In this document: positions 45,171 through 45,265 of the stretch, piece by piece
Layout: every line of letters begins with the position of its first letter
Position numbering within the stretch: the first letter of the stretch is position 1
Source: Planctomycetota bacterium
GTDB taxonomy: Bacteria > Planctomycetota > SZUA-567 > H5-PLA8
Assembly (NCBI GenBank): GCA_038227875.1
Contig: JBBRPR010000065.1
Span: 1-45,265, forward strand
Reading direction: 5' to 3'
Length of the DNA: 45,265 nucleotides
Notes under the pieces: generated by a model
What the model saw: only the letters and a program-made list of their open reading frames with translations
What the model was told of the DNA's origin: nothing
Databases searched by the model: none
Translations under genes and position numbers: made by a program

Positions 45171-45265
45171 GATGAGCTAATTTGAGCAGGAATGAGAGCG
45201 AATGATAGCAAATGAGCGCGAATGAGCAGGAATGATTCAAAATGAGCGTGTTTGAGCAGGAATGA
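45171..45265. repeat. Phased decamer tandem array, consensus AATGAGCAGG, running off the window end
   Basis: Nine full units and one partial unit, each with TGA at positions 3-5. Confidence 0.85.

Noticed and set aside
1..45265. tRNA, rRNA, tmRNA or transposase genes
   Set aside because: No cloverleaf with T-loop GTTCGA context, rRNA-like segment or transposase motif recognised by eye; a covariance search was not possible

Overview
Bacterial, GC-rich genomic window. Several protein families and repeat types suggest a Planctomycetota/PVC-type organism (inference). A core segment (~4.0-39.0 kb) carries DUF485-actP, rpsA, mutS, an Rrf2(CymR-like)-cysK-DUF2061 cluster converging on bacillithiol genes bshB1-bshA, hisS, leuD, a large secreted alpha/beta-hydrolase, leuA, a sigma54-type P-II-glnA unit, a CYTH protein, three tandem paralogous 9-TM proteins of unknown function, a heparinase II/III-like lyase, and aspS followed by a secreted protein and an orphan, degenerate RnfD-like protein. 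Accessory-looking segments lie at both ends: an HTH protein, a small membrane protein and a long-form pyruvate kinase on the left; a frameshifted beta-propeller gene, a truncated GntR, an AT-rich ORF, an NADP oxidoreductase and a decamer array on the right. Intergenic DNA is dense in REP/MITE-like palindromic doublets and heptamer repeats. No rRNA, tRNA, CRISPR array or transposase was recognised. Best leads: (1) both cysK neighbours end in a DFxI tail like known CysK-docking peptides, making DUF2061 a candidate new CysK partner; (2) a stand-alone RnfD homologue that has lost its flavinylation Thr and sits behind a degenerate SGNH-like secreted protein; (3) an uncharacterised three-gene membrane protein array; (4) REP hairpins with visible covariation flanking leuD. 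All calls come from reading the sequence by eye, without database searches.
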